From an uncultured Alphaproteobacteria bacterium (GTDB lineage: Bacteria; Pseudomonadota; Alphaproteobacteria; Rhizobiales; Hyphomicrobiaceae), in assembly GCA_963722495.1 (NCBI GenBank), contig CAVRND010000008.1, positions 6,355 through 70,354 of the forward strand: 64,000 nt of DNA, in the 5' to 3' direction. This document shows positions 60,616-64,000 of this stretch, piece by piece; position 1 is the stretch's first letter, and every line of letters begins with the position of its first letter. Both the position numbers and the translations under genes were made by a program. The notes beneath the pieces were generated by a model, which was given only the letters and a program-made list of their open reading frames with translations, was not told the origin of the DNA and did no database searches.

Positions 60616-61359
60616 ATGCGTTCCTTAGGGGTGTTGTGTGCGGCCGTCGCCGCCGTCGTTTTCGTCTCGTCAGCGTCCGCAGAAACGCCGGTGGTGCTCG
60701 CCGCCGCCGATCTGACCGCCGAGGCTCCGCTTGTTTCAGGGTCGCAGGCATCCGATGCCGCGCTACCCCCGGCCATCGCCGCTCCGGCGGCCGAGGCCAT
60801 GGCCGTGGCGCCAATCGCCCCGCCCGACCCGACGCTGTTTGCGGTCATCGACCTCGGGTCGCAGACGATGACTGTCTCCGACAAGAACGGCGTGATCGCC
60901 AGCTGGAAGATCTCCTCGGCGCGCGGCGGCTATCGCACCCCGACAGGCACGTATACGCCGCACTACACGGCGCGCATGCACTACTCAAAGCAGTATCACT
61001 TCTCGCCGATGCCTTATTCGGTGTTCTTCAACGAGGGCGTGGCGGTGCACGGGACCCGGGATCTGGGCAATCTCGGCAGCCCCGCTTCGCACGGTTGCGT
61101 ACGCTCGCACCCGAAGAACGCAAAGGTCTTTTATGACCTCGTGCAAAAGCACGGCATGCAGATGACCCGCGTCACCGTGCGCGGCAAGCCGCCATATTCG
61201 CCGGTCGTCGCCGAGGGCCGCCGCCGCCGTTACGCGCAGGCGCAGCCGGTTTCAAAGCCGTGGGGCGGGTTCTTCGGCTACAGCCAGCAGTCGGCCTATC
61301 AGCCGAAGGCGAAGAAGCTGAAGAAGAAGCAGTACGGCGGCGCCTACAATACTTGGTAG
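60616..61359 (+). CDS. L,D-transpeptidase (YkuD/ErfK family)
   Basis: IDLGSQTM, TPTG, MPYSVFF, AVHGT, PASHGCVR. Confidence 0.92.
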   Translation: MRSLGVLCAAVAAVVFVSSASAETPVVLAAADLTAEAPLVSGSQASDAALPPAIAAPAAEAMAVAPIAPPDPTLFAVIDLGSQTMTVSDKNGVIASWKISSARGGYRTPTGTYTPHYTARMHYSKQYHFSPMPYSVFFNEGVAVHGTRDLGNLGSPASHGCVRSHPKNAKVFYDLVQKHGMQMTRVTVRGKPPYSPVVAEGRRRRYAQAQPVSKPWGGFFGYSQQSAYQPKAKKLKKKQYGGAYNTW

Positions 61360-61436
61360 CCCGCCTCCGGCAGGCTACTCGGGCGCGCCTTCGGCACGAC
61401 ACCTGGCGACACAAGTCCGCGGCGCCACGAGGCCCG

Positions 61437-62588
61437 TTAGAACGGGTTCCACGTCGCGCGCGGGGTGAAGCGGATGTAGCCGATATTGGCGCCCAGCCGG
61501 AAGCCGAGGCCGGTGCGGATAGGCGCCATCATCACGGGGCCGCCCTTCAGGAACGTGACGCCGACACCGCCGATGAAGTAGGCGGAGCCGTCGATGCCGG
61601 TGAACAGGCGGTACAGCTCTTCGGGAGCGTGTACCCGGTAGATGAGAAACATGGTGCGCGAGCCCGAGGCGCCTAAGTCGGTGCCGATCGAAGGGCCGTG
61701 CCAGTAGATGTCGCTGCTGCCGCCGGAGCGCATGTAGAGCTTGCCGCTGCCGTAGCGCAGGCCGGCGAGGAGCGCGCCGCCGCCCTCGGTCCCGAGCACG
61801 TAACCGTCCGGGCGCCCGGCGCTCGAGAACGCATATTCGATGACACTGCCGAGCTCGGTCGAGATGGTGCCGAAGAAGCCGCGTGAGATCTCGCGGATTT
61901 CGTCGATGTCGTAACCGGGCTCGTCGGGCGGCAGCGGCTCCAGCATGGCGACGGACGGACCCGGCTCCAGGGTCGGCACGTCGATGCGAGCGTCGGGTTG
62001 TTCCTTCGTCTGCGTCGCCCATTTCTGCGCCGTCGACTTGGCGACCGGCTTGGGCGGCGTTCCGTCGGCTTGCGATGCGGGCGCCGCCGGCTTGGCCTCT
62101 TTCGCCGGCTGCTTAGTGCTGCTCCCCGCTTCCTTGCTGGCGGTGACTGTCTCTTTCCCGCCTCCGGCGATTTGCGCGTCGAGCTTCGAGAGCATGTAGG
62201 CCGACTTGGCCTTCATCACCGCCAGCAGCTCGAGCCCCGCGGCTTCGAGCTCGGCCAGCTTGCTGCATTCGGGCTGACCCTTCTCGGGCGGCCTGCCGAG
62301 CGTGTCGATCTTAATGATGAGGTCTTCGGCCTCGGCGTCGAGCTTCGTCGTGCGATCGTCGCGCGCGATGCCGAGCGCCTTTTCCTCGTCCCAGCCGTTC
62401 TTTGCCTGGAGCTGCTTGAGCTTGTCCTGCAGCTTGGGCAATGCCTCGGCATTGAAGGCGCGCAATTGGGCGCCCGACTTATCGACGGCTGCGGCGAAAT
62501 CATCCGCCGTGCAGGCCGCCTCCGCGGCGCCCAGCACGAAAAGGGATGACGATGCGGCCAGGAGGCCTGCGAGAACTGATCGACCCAT
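61437..62588 (-). CDS. EipA/DUF1134 domain protein with extra N-terminal helical domain
   Basis: FFGTIS, PDGYVLGTEGGGALLAGLRYGSG, YWHGPSIG, PIRTGLGFRLGANIGY, TWNPF. Confidence 0.85.
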   Translation of the reverse strand: MGRSVLAGLLAASSSLFVLGAAEAACTADDFAAAVDKSGAQLRAFNAEALPKLQDKLKQLQAKNGWDEEKALGIARDDRTTKLDAEAEDLIIKIDTLGRPPEKGQPECSKLAELEAAGLELLAVMKAKSAYMLSKLDAQIAGGGKETVTASKEAGSSTKQPAKEAKPAAPASQADGTPPKPVAKSTAQKWATQTKEQPDARIDVPTLEPGPSVAMLEPLPPDEPGYDIDEIREISRGFFGTISTELGSVIEYAFSSAGRPDGYVLGTEGGGALLAGLRYGSGKLYMRSGGSSDIYWHGPSIGTDLGASGSRTMFLIYRVHAPEELYRLFTGIDGSAYFIGGVGVTFLKGGPVMMAPIRTGLGFRLGANIGYIRFTPRATWNPF

Positions 62589-62666
62589 GGGACCGCTTTA
62601 TCCTATCGCGCCTGGGCATCCAAATCACGGGTGCCCAGGCGCGATGGATCAAAGCGATGCGGCGGA

Positions 62667-63584
62667 TTATTGACCGCTTATCGTTTTAACGACCGAGTTG
62701 AGCGGACGGTCGGACAGGGCGGTCGGCATGCCCTGCATGTCCTTGGCGATGAGCTCGTCAAACTCGGGCAGCGTCTGAATCGGCGCTTTGGCCGTCATCT
62801 GCACCACTTTGTAGCCGCCTGCCTTAAGCTGCTTCAAAAGCTCGGGCATGGCCTGGGCCGTATGCGGCTGGATATCGTGCATCAGAATGATGCCTTTGCC
62901 GCGCTTTTCGAGGCCGGCCATGATCCGCTTGACCAGCGCGTCCGCCTTGCCGCCCTTGAAGTCGAAGCTGTCGATGTCGGTCGAGAAGACGGCAACGTTG
63001 CGATCGGCCAGGTACTTCAGGGTTTCCGGCGAATGGCGCAGGAACGGGAAGCGGAAGAACGGGGCGGTGCCGGCGCCCACTGCGCGGTGAATGACACTGA
63101 AGGATTTCTCGATGTCGGCCTTGGCGTCCTCGAACGGCATCTTGGATAGATCTTTGTGGTCCATCGTGTGCGCGCCGATAGTGTGACCGGCCTTCGCCAC
63201 GTCGTGCAGGATGTCGGGATAGCCGGCGGCGACCTTGCCGACGGAGAAGAAGATCGCCTTCGTGCATTCGGCATTGAGCGCCGAGAGGATCGCGGTCGTG
63301 CGGTTCGGCAGCGGGCCGTCGTCGAACGTCAGAACGACCTCCTTCGGATTGAGGAAGTCGTACATCTTATAGTGTTGGAAGCCGAAGCCGGGGCCGCCCG
63401 TGGTGTCGATCTCGACGACGCGCGCGACGCCGAGCGGGTTGGGATTTCCTGGGCAGTCGGCCACTTTGGCGGCGGGCGCCGCGGGGCCAAGCTGCGGTTG
63501 TTGTGCAACGGCTGCAGCGTTGAGCGCCAGCGATGAGCACAGCGTTGCGCCAGCGATCAAAGTCGTCTTGAGAATTGCGCGCAT
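62667..63584 (-). CDS. Polysaccharide deacetylase (CE4/NodB), exported
   Basis: LTFDDGP, HTMDH, FFRFPF, LMHD. Confidence 0.92.
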   Translation of the reverse strand: MRAILKTTLIAGATLCSSLALNAAAVAQQPQLGPAAPAAKVADCPGNPNPLGVARVVEIDTTGGPGFGFQHYKMYDFLNPKEVVLTFDDGPLPNRTTAILSALNAECTKAIFFSVGKVAAGYPDILHDVAKAGHTIGAHTMDHKDLSKMPFEDAKADIEKSFSVIHRAVGAGTAPFFRFPFLRHSPETLKYLADRNVAVFSTDIDSFDFKGGKADALVKRIMAGLEKRGKGIILMHDIQPHTAQAMPELLKQLKAGGYKVVQMTAKAPIQTLPEFDELIAKDMQGMPTALSDRPLNSVVKTISGQ

Positions 63585-63720
63585 CGAACCCTCCCCGAAT
63601 TGCACAGCAGGCTTATTGCTTGATTCCCCTTCATTGTGCGGAATTTTGCAGGCCGCGCGCAAGGAGTTTGGCCGCAATAGGGCCGATTTCATCGCAGGTG
63701 TGATGGGACAAACGTATTGC

Positions 63721-64000
63721 TCAGCCCTGCAGTTTTGCCGCCACTTTGGCGCGGAAGCGCGCGGTGTCGACGACGATGCGCGTATGGAGACCGCGACCGA
63801 TTAGTTCGCGTGTATCGCGCGCTTCGACTTTGAACACGAGTTTGCGTCCGGAGACTTCGATCAGCTCTGCGGTCGCCGTGACGGAAAGTCCGGCCGGCGT
63901 CGCCGCGATATGCTCGACGTTGAGGTGAATGCCGAGCGTTTCCTGCCCTGCGGGCAGGTCGTCTTCGACGCAGGCGACGGCGGCCGCTTCGATGAGCGCC
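63721..64000 (-). CDS. Hotdog-fold thioesterase, FlK-like (5' end beyond window)
   Basis: Manual translation: ALIEAAAV...TLGIHLNVEHIAATPAG...LVFKVEARD...IGRGLHTRIVVD. Confidence 0.8.
   Translation of the reverse strand, partial: ALIEAAAVACVEDDLPAGQETLGIHLNVEHIAATPAGLSVTATAELIEVSGRKLVFKVEARDTRELIGRGLHTRIVVDTARFRAKVAAKLQG

Overview
GC-rich alphaproteobacterial DNA; gene content suggests Hyphomicrobiaceae or a related Hyphomicrobiales lineage (inference). 1-12.1 kb: part of a Wzx/Wzy-type exopolysaccharide cluster with a GumH-like GT4, two Wzc/ExoP-like co-polymerases, a priming sugar transferase, an unusual PRTase+HAD protein, a flippase, a GT2, a Wza-like exporter and a second GT4. 12.3-26 kb: accessory region with small proteins, an OmpR/CpxR-type two-component system, lipoproteins, a patatin, a long CorA-like protein and an FdhF/YdeP oxidoreductase. 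27-37 kb: a Gly/Asn-repeat trimeric autotransporter adhesin with an upstream partner gene, cfa, and an arfABC-like operon. 37-64 kb: mostly core and envelope genes (three polysaccharide deacetylases, mgtE, a KaiC-like remnant, glnB-glnA with sigma54 and NtrC-type sites, nnr, TPR protein, L,D-transpeptidase, EipA-like protein). Eight GGAAC-N16-xGTT motifs (EcfG-type general stress response promoters) lie upstream of the EPS genes, small proteins and the oxidoreductase, including one bidirectional overlapping pair. About 20 single-base frameshifts, mostly in the first 45 kb, look like long-read consensus errors, so broken genes are annotated across the shifts. No rRNA, tRNA, CRISPR array or transposase was recognised. 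All calls were made by eye, without database searches.
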